This document shows, one piece after another, positions 1 to 8,256 of a DNA stretch of 64,000 nucleotides (the stretch's first letter is position 1; every line of letters begins with the position of its first letter). The notes below the pieces were generated by a model that was not told where the DNA came from, did not search any database, and saw nothing but the letters and a program-made list of their open reading frames with translations. The DNA comes from Nannocystales bacterium (GTDB lineage: Bacteria > Myxococcota_A > Polyangia > Nannocystales > Nannocystaceae): positions 160,001 to 224,000 of the forward strand of contig JBOEGF010000014.1 of NCBI GenBank assembly GCA_050633305.1, given 5' to 3'. Both the position numbers and the translations under genes were made by a program.

Positions 1-2
1 TC

Positions 3-1850
3 TTGGAACCGATGCCGCCGTTTCGCGTGGTGGACCTGATTCTTCAGGTGTTGGAGGGCCTCGCGCACGCCCACGCGCAGGGCCTCGTTCACCGTGACAT
101 CAAGAATGAGAACATCTTCGTCCTCGGCGGTGAGAGTGGCGAGCAAGTCAAGTTGCTGGACTTCGGCATCGCAAAGGTCAGCCATGGGGCGGGGGCCGGG
201 CAGCTCACGCAGGCGGGCATCATCTTTGGGACTCCCCACTACATGAGCCCGGAGCAGGCGCGTGGCGAGAAGGCCGATGCGCGGAGCGACTTGTACTCGC
301 TTGGCATCGTGATGCACTCGATGCTTGCGGGGGACCTTCCGTTCCATGGGGACGACGCGCTGGCGATCCTGCGCGGGCAGATCTCGGAGGAGCCCCCGAA
401 GCTCCCCGATTCTGTCCCGGGCTCGCTGCGTCATTTCGTCAGGCAGTTGCTGGCGAAACAGCCCGAGGAGCGCTTCACGGATGCGGCGGCCGCGATCGCC
501 GCGCTGAAGCGGGCCGCTTCACCGACCGAGCGCTCGGCCAAGTCGAAGCTGCCACCACCTCCGGAGTTCGACCTACGGGGACAGAGCATGGAGCGGACGG
601 AAACACACTCGTTGGCGGACACCGAGGCCGACGAGGCTGCGGACGAGCCCATCGAGCTGCCTCAGCAGGCGGAGGTTGCGTTGCTCAAGGCTGAAGGGCC
701 CGATTCCGACTCCGGCTCGGCCCTGGAACTCGTCGAACTGGAGCCGGAAGAAGAGCCGGGAGAGGAGTCTGAGAGCTCTGCCTCCGCACCTCCGCCTGCC
801 TCCGCTGGGACGCGCGATACGGATGCCGAGGACACATCCACGACAATACACTCCGTTCCTGGGTCGGAGCGGCCGCCGTGGCTTCTGCCGGCCGTCGGCG
901 TCGGTGTGCTTGGCCTGTTTGTGCTGATTGTCGCAGCGTGGCCTGATGGCGACGAGGTCGAGAGCGAGTCCGAGGTCGCTGCCGCCGGAGCCTTCGAAAA
1001 TGGGGACGAGAAAGTCGCGGCCGTTTCGGAGGAGCCCGACCCGGTGCTGGTCGACGACGACACCCCTGACCCGGAGCCTGACACGGGCGATGGGGACACC
1101 CAGGTCCAATCCAAGCGCGCGCTTCGGGCCACCCTCGCGTCCGTCGATGCGCTCATCGAGTCCAAGAAGTACGACGCGGCCCGGATCACGATCGGCCCGC
1201 TGCTCGAGGTCTACGGTGACGAGCCGGAGCTGCACTGGCGGATGGGTGCAGTGCTCGTGGCGCTTGGACGCAAGGTCAACGCGGCTGCGGCCCTGGAAAG
1301 CTACCGGGCGGCGCTGTCCCTGAAGTCCGAGTTGCTCGACGATGAGGAGTTCTCGACGACGTTCTGGGACCTTCTCGACGACCCGCGGAACCGGGAGCTG
1401 GCTTCTCAGATCGCGGTGGAGCTGCTCGGCGAGCAGGGCCACGAGCGACTCGCGCGGTGGGTCAACGTACAGAAGAGCCCGCTGCCGTACGCGTTGCGTC
1501 AAACGGTGACCGAGCACCTGCGCGCCGCCGACCAGGGGGCTCGCATCAACGAGCCGTTGCAGACGGCGCTCGACCTGTGGCAGTCCAGCGCCGCCCAAGC
1601 ACCCTGCGAGGCTTTCACCGCCGCGCTCGAGGCTGCGACCGAGAACCCTGACAGCTACCTGCTGGGGACTCTGGCCGCGGTGAGTGTGCCCAAGACGGGT
1701 GAAAGCGACGAGCTGGTCGAGTGCCCGGGCCTTGCCGAGGCGCTCACGAGCGCGCGGGGCGACTACGCGCGGCGCTATGCCGGACTCGACCCGGCGGTCC
1801 CGGCCGCGTACGGCCGAAGGAAGTCCGCCGGGCGGAAGCGTCGGCGGTAG
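3..1850 (+). CDS. Membrane-anchored Hanks-type Ser/Thr protein kinase, 5' truncated by the window edge
   Basis: HRDIKNEN, DFG, GTPHYMSPE and DLYSLG motifs; acidic linker; one TM segment (WLLPAVGVGVLGLFVLIVAAW); TPR-like helical C-terminus. Confidence 0.92.
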   Translation: MEPMPPFRVVDLILQVLEGLAHAHAQGLVHRDIKNENIFVLGGESGEQVKLLDFGIAKVSHGAGAGQLTQAGIIFGTPHYMSPEQARGEKADARSDLYSLGIVMHSMLAGDLPFHGDDALAILRGQISEEPPKLPDSVPGSLRHFVRQLLAKQPEERFTDAAAAIAALKRAASPTERSAKSKLPPPPEFDLRGQSMERTETHSLADTEADEAADEPIELPQQAEVALLKAEGPDSDSGSALELVELEPEEEPGEESESSASAPPPASAGTRDTDAEDTSTTIHSVPGSERPPWLLPAVGVGVLGLFVLIVAAWPDGDEVESESEVAAAGAFENGDEKVAAVSEEPDPVLVDDDTPDPEPDTGDGDTQVQSKRALRATLASVDALIESKKYDAARITIGPLLEVYGDEPELHWRMGAVLVALGRKVNAAAALESYRAALSLKSELLDDEEFSTTFWDLLDDPRNRELASQIAVELLGEQGHERLARWVNVQKSPLPYALRQTVTEHLRAADQGARINEPLQTALDLWQSSAAQAPCEAFTAALEAATENPDSYLLGTLAAVSVPKTGESDELVECPGLAEALTSARGDYARRYAGLDPAVPAAYGRRKSAGRKRRR

Positions 1851-1916
1851 CGGGACGTCGTTGCGCCGCTGCCCCATGGACGGCGGAGCACGTCGTTCCT
1901 TGTTACAGTCCTCGCC

Positions 1917-2396
1917 GTGCCGGAACTGTTCTCGTCACCGGAGGGGAGCATCCTCATGGATGAGCGGTACTTTCCGATGGTCGTCCAGCGGTGGGAAGGT
2001 GCGCAGACGGTCGAGGTCGTGCGTGACCACTTCGACTACTCGATTCCCCTGTTGGAGCGCGCCCGCCGGGAGAAGGTTGCCATTTCTGTCGTACTGGACG
2101 CAGTCGACTCCATTCGCCCGACATCGACCGTGCGCAAGTACATCGCAGAGCGTGCGGACGACATCGCGGAGCAGTGGCCCGAACTTCTCAGGCCGTCCCG
2201 GGTTGTCATCCTGAGCGCGCCCTTGCGAGGCGTCATCACTGCGCTGGGCTGGCTTTCACGCGGAGCCCTTCAGCTCGCGTCCTACCCGAGTCGCCCCTCC
2301 GCGATTCGAGCAGGCATCGCCCATCTTGAGGCGGTGGGCTCGCCCGTCCCCGAAGGTTTGGATCCCAGTGGGTATGAGTTCCCCTGTGTGGACTGA
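1917..2396 (+). CDS. Small hypothetical protein, STAS/SEC14-like myxobacterial family
   Basis: 159-aa ORF with FPMVV, VVLD and RGVITALGWL segments that resemble this family; start codon uncertain. Confidence 0.55.
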   Translation: MPELFSSPEGSILMDERYFPMVVQRWEGAQTVEVVRDHFDYSIPLLERARREKVAISVVLDAVDSIRPTSTVRKYIAERADDIAEQWPELLRPSRVVILSAPLRGVITALGWLSRGALQLASYPSRPSAIRAGIAHLEAVGSPVPEGLDPSGYEFPCVD

Positions 2397-2416
2397 GCAG
2401 ACGCGGGCGATCGTCA

Positions 2417-2441
2417 GGCGCCGGGTTCGACTCCCGGCGCC
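2417..2441. terminator. Perfect 9-bp GC hairpin between convergent genes, possible bidirectional terminator
   Basis: GGCGCCGGG-TTCGACT-CCCGGCGCC between the stops at 2396 (+) and 2443 (-); no U-tract. Confidence 0.45.
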
Positions 2442-2442
2442 G

Positions 2443-2931
2443 TTAGTCACGGGAGATGAGCTCGGTTGCCCGATCGTACAGCGACGATCGCTGTAGCGCG
2501 GCGTCGAAGCGATCGAGCGCCGCGATCACCCCATCGGCCTCTTTGTCGAGCTGCCGAGCGACGACTTCGAGTGCGTCCCACACCGCGGTGAGGCGGCTCC
2601 ACAACGCTCGGCCTTTCCGCGACATTCGTAGGTGACGCTTCCGCCTGTCCTGTGTGTCGGGCTTGGACACGACCAATCCGGCAAGCTCCAGAGAGCGCCG
2701 GGTTTGGCTCACCGAGGCATGGGTAATCCGAAGCGCCTTCGCGAGTTCGCTGACCGTCGCGGGGCCGCGCAGCGCCAACTGGTTCAGCACGCCGAACCAA
2801 CGTTGCTCGAACACCACACCGGCGTCGTCGTAGAGGCGGCCTGCATCGCGCTCGAGGAGTTCCGAGAGCCTGCGCAGCCGGGCGCCAACGGCCGCTTCGG
2901 TTCCATAGCCCGCACCGGTCTTCATCGCCAT
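2443..2931 (-). CDS. MarR-family transcriptional regulator
   Basis: wHTH pattern TVSELAKALRITHASVSQ, DRRKR and SRKGR; ATG at 2931 preceded by GGAGG. Confidence 0.88.
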   Translation of the reverse strand: MAMKTGAGYGTEAAVGARLRRLSELLERDAGRLYDDAGVVFEQRWFGVLNQLALRGPATVSELAKALRITHASVSQTRRSLELAGLVVSKPDTQDRRKRHLRMSRKGRALWSRLTAVWDALEVVARQLDKEADGVIAALDRFDAALQRSSLYDRATELISRD

Positions 2932-2944
2932 CAGTCCTCCGAGG

Positions 2945-2974
2945 TTGACAGAAACGTAGGCGCCTACGCAATAT
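2945..2974 (+). promoter_or_regulatory. Sigma70-type promoter containing a palindromic (putative MarR) operator
   Basis: TTGACA (2945-2950), N18, CAATAT; perfect 14-bp palindrome CGTAGGCGCCTACG at 2955-2968. Confidence 0.6.
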
Positions 2975-3001
2975 GGGAACGCAGTCCGCGAGGAGTCGTC
3001 C

Positions 3002-4102
3002 GTGAGCGCATTAAAGTCATCTTCCGCCGCCCTCGCCTTCGTGATCTCGTGCGCGAGCCCCCCGCGAGGCGTTGAACACCATCGCGGGCACGAAGAGACG
3101 ACCGCCACGTACAACGACGTGGTTGAAGTGCTCGCGACGGAGCTCGAAGCCGCCTACGTCTTCCCGGACGTGGGTCGGCGGTACGCGGACGCCCTGCGCG
3201 GCCCGGAGTTTCGAGACGTCGTGCGAGATACGCCGCCGGGGAACCTGTCCAAGGTGCTGACAGCATACCTCCAAGGGATTCATGCGGACGCCCATCTGCG
3301 GGTCTGGGGCCCCGACACCGAAGCTGGGCCTACCCAAGCCGTGGCCCCTTCAGCGCCGACGCCGGGAGGTCTCGAAGCCGCGGTCTCCCTAACTCCACGG
3401 ATCGCCTACCTTCGTTTCAACCTGTTTCCGGGGGACGAAGACACGCTGAACCGGCTCTCGGAGTTTGTCCTGAACAACGCGGGAGTGGAGGTTCTGATCA
3501 TCGATGCACGCGGGCATCGGGGTGGGGGCCTGAGCGAGATGGACGCGCTCTTCGCAGAACTCTTCGCGGAGGAGACCACGCTTGTTGCCATGGACACTCG
3601 TCTCTCCGTTGACCGTGCGGGAGGATCTCCGATCACCGATGGCCCGACGGTTCGCCGCGTGGTTGCCCCGGACGAGGTCGTCCGGCGAGAGCATGTCGCG
3701 GTGCCATCGGCACAACCCCGGCTTGTGGACACCAAGCTCTACGTGCTGGTGTCGGGGTACACCGCCTCGGCCGCCGAGCACTTGGCACTGGCGGTGAAGC
3801 GGACGGAGCGCGGAATCGTCGTCGGGGAGGCGACCCGAGGCGGTGCCCACTTCGGAGGCACGACCGATCTCGGCGCGGGCTTCAGCGCCTTTGTTCCGGT
3901 TGGCCGCAGCTTTAACCCTGACACAGGCGAGGACTGGGAGGGGGTTGGTGTGGCCCCGGACACCGTTGCTCCCGCCCCACAGGCGTTGGTCGCCGCGCTG
4001 GTCGACCACGGTCTCTCTCCAGACGAAGCGAAGCGAATCGATGCCTCGGTGGCGTACGTTCCTCCCGAGTCTCCATCCCATCGTCCGGTCGGTGCGCTTT
4101 GA
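3002..4102 (+). CDS. S41-family peptidase, exported
   Basis: IIDARGHRGG, TASAAE (catalytic Ser), GEATRG, WEGVGVAPD; N-terminal signal-like stretch; GAGGAG RBS. Confidence 0.88.
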   Translation: MSALKSSSAALAFVISCASPPRGVEHHRGHEETTATYNDVVEVLATELEAAYVFPDVGRRYADALRGPEFRDVVRDTPPGNLSKVLTAYLQGIHADAHLRVWGPDTEAGPTQAVAPSAPTPGGLEAAVSLTPRIAYLRFNLFPGDEDTLNRLSEFVLNNAGVEVLIIDARGHRGGGLSEMDALFAELFAEETTLVAMDTRLSVDRAGGSPITDGPTVRRVVAPDEVVRREHVAVPSAQPRLVDTKLYVLVSGYTASAAEHLALAVKRTERGIVVGEATRGGAHFGGTTDLGAGFSAFVPVGRSFNPDTGEDWEGVGVAPDTVAPAPQALVAALVDHGLSPDEAKRIDASVAYVPPESPSHRPVGAL

Positions 4103-4171
4103 TCCTGCGGCCGTCGTCACCGGGTCCCTCCTTTTTCTTTCACGAGAAGAGGCCGGGCCGGGAAACGGGGG

Positions 4172-5308
4172 GTGATGACACGTCCGTCGATTCTCTTCGT
4201 AGCGTCTGTGGGGCTGCTGTGCAGCGCATGTGACGAGCTGGCCCCCGATCCGCAGCCCAAACCGTTGCCCGAACAGCAAGTCGAGACGCTTGAGGCGACG
4301 ATTGAGGAACTCGACAACGAGTTCGAAGGAATGGGAATCGCGCTCGCCGTTCGCACGGGGTCCGGGGCCCAATGGGCCGGGGCTCTCGGACTTCGAAACC
4401 TGCGGACCCCGTTGGAGGCCGGCGACGTCGCGCAGTTCGGCAGTGTCACCAAGACGGTCACCGCCACAGTCACGCTTCAGCTCGTTGAAGAGGGGCTTCT
4501 CTCTCTCGATGACACCATCGACACGTTCGGGATCGACCTCCCGCATGCCGACACGATCACGGTGCAGCAGCTACTCAGCCACCGCTCGGGCCTCTTCAAC
4601 TACACCGACGATGAGGCGTTCATGGCGTCCCTCGGCGAGACACCGCAAACGGCCGACGCGGTCTTCGACGTGGTCGACGACTATGAGCCTCTGTTTCCGC
4701 CCGGTGCGGCGTGGACGTACTCGAACACCAACTACATGGCGTTGGGCGTGATTCTCGAGAGCGTCACGGGGCAACCGCTCGAGGACATCTTCTACGCTCG
4801 CGTGTTCGGGCCGCTGGGAATGGAGGACACCGGGCTTACGGATCGAGATCCGATCCCCGGGCCCCTTGCGCACGGGTTCATGGAGGAGGATGGGGTGCTG
4901 GAGGATGTGACCTTCGCGTTCAACAAGAGGGCGCAAGGGCCCGATGGCGCGCTCTTCAGCACGTTGGACGACATGCTCACGTGGTCACACGCGCTGTACG
5001 GCGGTGAGCTGCTCGACCCGGAGACTCTGGAGGCCGTTGTCGCTCCGCGGTCGGCGGAGATCGTCAGTCCTGTCGCGGCCGCATACGGCTTCGAAGGCGG
5101 TGACTACGGCCTGGGCACGATCGTGCTCGAGGACGAGCTGCTCGGAGCTGTCTGGGGACACGCAGGCAACATTCGCGGGTACACGGCGTACGTCGGGTAC
5201 GTGCCAACACTCGACGTTGCGGTGGCGTTTTACACAACCCAAGACAGCGCCGATGGACTGGTCGCCGCACGCCAAATTGCGACCGCGCTCCACGACTTCG
5301 ATCGTTGA
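4172..5308 (+). CDS. Serine hydrolase of the beta-lactamase/D-Ala-D-Ala carboxypeptidase family, lipoprotein
   Basis: SxxK (SVTK), LLSHRSGL, YSN, GHAG; lipobox-like CSAC. Confidence 0.9.
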   Translation: MMTRPSILFVASVGLLCSACDELAPDPQPKPLPEQQVETLEATIEELDNEFEGMGIALAVRTGSGAQWAGALGLRNLRTPLEAGDVAQFGSVTKTVTATVTLQLVEEGLLSLDDTIDTFGIDLPHADTITVQQLLSHRSGLFNYTDDEAFMASLGETPQTADAVFDVVDDYEPLFPPGAAWTYSNTNYMALGVILESVTGQPLEDIFYARVFGPLGMEDTGLTDRDPIPGPLAHGFMEEDGVLEDVTFAFNKRAQGPDGALFSTLDDMLTWSHALYGGELLDPETLEAVVAPRSAEIVSPVAAAYGFEGGDYGLGTIVLEDELLGAVWGHAGNIRGYTAYVGYVPTLDVAVAFYTTQDSADGLVAARQIATALHDFDR

Positions 5309-5344
5309 GCGCGGTTTGGCCGGCGGAGGGGGGCCGTCGGTGGA

Positions 5345-6604
5345 CTACTGCAACACGGGCAGCTTCTTGGTCGAAAGCGTCGGCGTGAAGTCTTCTTCTT
5401 TCCAGTCTTCGATATCGAGCTCGAAGCAGCCGAAGTCGTACGGGTCGCCTGGTGCCTTGTGCTTGTGGCGCAGGATCTCCCGCTTGCCCTGCTTCTTGAG
5501 CTCGTTGGCCCGGTGCCAGCAGTGGGGGTTGTTGCCGCGGCGACCCAAGGTGGAGTGGGTAGTGAACGAACAGCCCGCGCGGCAGACATCGGCGTAGTAG
5601 CAGCTCTTGCAGAACCCCCACAGCTCGCTGGTGCCGCGGTCACGCGTGAATGCGACCTCCGGCGTGTTGTGCCAGATGTCCTCGAGTGACAGGTCGCGGA
5701 CGTTGCCCCCGATGTACGGGGCGGTGGGGAGTGAGGGACAGCCCTTGATCTTGCCGTCGGACTCGATGCCCATGACGTACTTGCCGGCTTGGCATCCCTG
5801 CCAGTATCGCTCTTGCTCGGGTCGCGAGCGGAGCAGCTGCTCGTGTGGGCCGTAGTAGCCGAGGTTGTTGCCGATACCGATGCGGAACGCCTGCCGCAGC
5901 GGGATGTTTTTCTCGTGGGCGTCCTTGAGGACTTCCTCTTGGACCTCGGCCAGCGTGTCGAGGACCTCGAGCATCTGGTACGGCTGCAGGATCCACTCGG
6001 GACGGTCTGCGGCGGCACCCATCGGTGCTGTCATCTGGGCCCGCCAGATCAGCACGCCCGCATCGCGCATCATCATCGCGGTCTCCCGCAGCACGTGCAT
6101 GTTGAGCCGGTTCACCTGGCTGTTGGTGGTGACGATCATGCCTTCGGCGCGCGCGTTGGCGATCGCGCGCATGGCCGACTCGTGGCTGCCCGGCGCATTG
6201 CGCAGGACGTCGTGGATCTCTGCGGGGCCGTCGACCGAGACGCCGATCGCGGATAGCCCAGCTTCCTTGAGCTTGCGGCACTTGGTCGGGGTGAGTCCGC
6301 GACCACCGGTTTGCATGGTGACGCGAACGCCTCCCTTGGCGAGGTGGGCGATCAGCTCGTAGCAGTCGCTGCGCAGGTACGCCTCGCCGCCGATCAGTGT
6401 CACTTCCCGCGTCCCCAATCGGACGAGCGCATCTGCCACCTCGAGCATCTCCGCGGTGCTCAGCTCGTCGTCTCGGACGGATGGACCAGCCCTGGAGCCA
6501 CAGTGGGAACACGCGTGGTCGCAACGCAGGGTGATCTCCCAAACGCAATAGACCGGGATGTTCTTGCCAGCGTCAGATTGTCTTAAGCTACGGGCGGTCG
6601 CCAC
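5345..6604 (-). CDS. Radical SAM/SPASM peptide maturase, PlpX/splicease-like
   Basis: VWEITLRCDHACSHCGSRAG, GGEA, GNNLGYYGP, WQGCQAG, KGCPSLPT, LWGFCKSC-CRAGC, GNNPHC. Confidence 0.85.
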   Translation of the reverse strand: MATARSLRQSDAGKNIPVYCVWEITLRCDHACSHCGSRAGPSVRDDELSTAEMLEVADALVRLGTREVTLIGGEAYLRSDCYELIAHLAKGGVRVTMQTGGRGLTPTKCRKLKEAGLSAIGVSVDGPAEIHDVLRNAPGSHESAMRAIANARAEGMIVTTNSQVNRLNMHVLRETAMMMRDAGVLIWRAQMTAPMGAAADRPEWILQPYQMLEVLDTLAEVQEEVLKDAHEKNIPLRQAFRIGIGNNLGYYGPHEQLLRSRPEQERYWQGCQAGKYVMGIESDGKIKGCPSLPTAPYIGGNVRDLSLEDIWHNTPEVAFTRDRGTSELWGFCKSCYYADVCRAGCSFTTHSTLGRRGNNPHCWHRANELKKQGKREILRHKHKAPGDPYDFGCFELDIEDWKEEDFTPTLSTKKLPVLQ

Positions 6605-7102
6605 GGCTCCGAGCGTAGCATCGTTGCGTGGCGCATCCCGGCGCCACGGGGCCCGCGTGCGGTCTGGCGATGAGCGGTGGGACGTTGGTCCGTTGTGACA
6701 GTGGTATTGGCCGAGGGTTGTCGGTGGGGTCGTACGCGTTGCGGGTGCACGTTTGCAACGGGCTCGAGTTCGGGAGCCGGTGGAAGCCGTCGTTCAGACG
6801 CGACTCGGAGACGAGACGCTTCGCCGAGTCACGTCGAGGGCGGACTCGGGACGCCCGGCTTGGCCCGGCCCACGGGCTGAGGACCGCGCTGGTTGGGGAA
6901 GTCCAAGAGTGTCTCCACCGACGTGACACGGACGGGCGGGACCCAGGACCGCTCGACCGCCGTGGTCCTGCAGGAGAAGCTTCGGCGGACCACGGTTCGG
7001 GCGCGGCGCAACTCTCGCACTCGCGATGGTTGCTCGAAGGAAAAACGCCCGGATTCCCGCGCTCTCGGATCCTTCGGTTGCGACTGGCCGTGCATTGGCC
7101 TA

Positions 7103-7130
7103 AAACCGAATGCGGGTTCGGATTCGGTTT
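7103..7130. promoter_or_regulatory. Inverted repeat, putative TetR operator
   Basis: AAACCGAAT-N10-ATTCGGTTT ends immediately before the TetR ATG at 7131. Confidence 0.6.
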
Positions 7131-7790
7131 ATGGTTAGTGTCGCCCCCAAACTTCGGATACCTCGGCAGGCGCGAAGCCGCGAAACCCTCCGCCGCATTC
7201 TCGACGCGTTCGAGGAGGCGCTCCGAGACAAGACGTTTGAAGAGGTGACGGTGGGCGAGCTTTGCGAGCGGGCGGACTGTTCCGTCGGCACGTTTTACGG
7301 CCGTGTGGAGTCGAAGGATGCCTTGCTGGAACACCTTCGACGTCGGGTGTACGGCGAGGTCGAGGCACGGCTTGGCGAGCTCTTCGACCCGCAGCGCGGC
7401 GCGTCGAACGACCTCGAGTCGGTGATCTCCGAGCAGTTGGAAGTGCTGCTCGACTTCCATCTGCTGCGCCGTGGCGTCATCCGAGCGGTCGTCGTTCAGG
7501 CGCGACGACACCCCGCGTTCGCCGAGCAAACACAGCTGTTCAACGGGGCCGTGCTGCGGCTCGTTCGCGAGTCCTGGCTGCAACATCGCGAAGAGATTAC
7601 AGCCGCAGACCCGGTGTTCGCGGCCGAGCAGGCATCGATCATGATCGCCGGTTACTTTCGCGAAGCCATCGTGTTTCGCGAGTTGTGGCCCACCGAGCGC
7701 CCTTTCGACCGCGGCGCTCTGTACCAACACTGCAAGACCGCAACCATCCGCAGCTTGATGGGCCGCGACCCAAAAGGAGGCAACTCGTGA
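7131..7790 (+). CDS. TetR/AcrR-family regulator
   Basis: PRQARSRETLRRILDA and TVGELCERADCSVGTFYGRVESKDAL N-terminal HTH. Confidence 0.9.
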   Translation: MVSVAPKLRIPRQARSRETLRRILDAFEEALRDKTFEEVTVGELCERADCSVGTFYGRVESKDALLEHLRRRVYGEVEARLGELFDPQRGASNDLESVISEQLEVLLDFHLLRRGVIRAVVVQARRHPAFAEQTQLFNGAVLRLVRESWLQHREEITAADPVFAAEQASIMIAGYFREAIVFRELWPTERPFDRGALYQHCKTATIRSLMGRDPKGGNS

Positions 7791-8242
7791 AGACCACGCA
7801 AGAATGGCTCGACCAGTACGGGGAGAGCCACACCAACCCCACCAACAAGCTGATCCACTGGATCTGCATCCCGGCGATCGTCGTCAGCTTGCTCGGCATT
7901 CTGTCGTCGGTCCCGATGCCGTGGGCGGCGACTCACATCAACCTCGCGACGTTGTTCGTCGTGTTCTCGCTGGGCTTCTACAGCCTGCTCTCGATCCGCC
8001 TCATGCTCGGCATGGCGGTCGTGAGCTCGGCGAGTTACGCCGTCGCGGTCGCGCTGGGAGGCTTGCCGGTTCCGCTGTGGATCACCTCGCTCGCAATCTT
8101 TGCGGTTGCGTGGGTGTTCCAGTTCGTCGGTCACAAAATCGAAGGCAAGAAGCCCTCGTTCTTCGTGGATCTGCAGTTTCTCCTGATCGGTCCACTGTGG
8201 CTGCTGAGCTTTGTGTACCGGAAGCTCGGTATCGCGTACTGA
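7787..8242 (+). CDS. DUF962/Mpo1-like membrane protein
   Basis: YGESHTNPTNKLIHWICIP, QFVGHKIEGKKPSF; GTG start overlaps the TetR stop (GTGA), with AGGAGG RBS. Confidence 0.85.
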   Translation: MKTTQEWLDQYGESHTNPTNKLIHWICIPAIVVSLLGILSSVPMPWAATHINLATLFVVFSLGFYSLLSIRLMLGMAVVSSASYAVAVALGGLPVPLWITSLAIFAVAWVFQFVGHKIEGKKPSFFVDLQFLLIGPLWLLSFVYRKLGIAY

Positions 8243-8256
8243 CGAAGTCGAAGCGC

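Noticed and set aside
2395..2445. Possible tRNA gene
   Set aside because: Only a T-arm-like hairpin; no room for D or anticodon arms and no CCA end
6890..7060. GGGGAAGTCC resembling the RNase P RNA P4 motif
   Set aside because: Imperfect match, the conserved 3' motif is absent, and a full-length RNA would run into the TetR gene
6893..7138. 81-aa plus-strand ORF ending in SVYG, tempting as a splicease substrate
   Set aside because: TTG start without a convincing RBS, divergent from the enzyme, and the YG codons are simply the TetR operator and start sequence; likely chance
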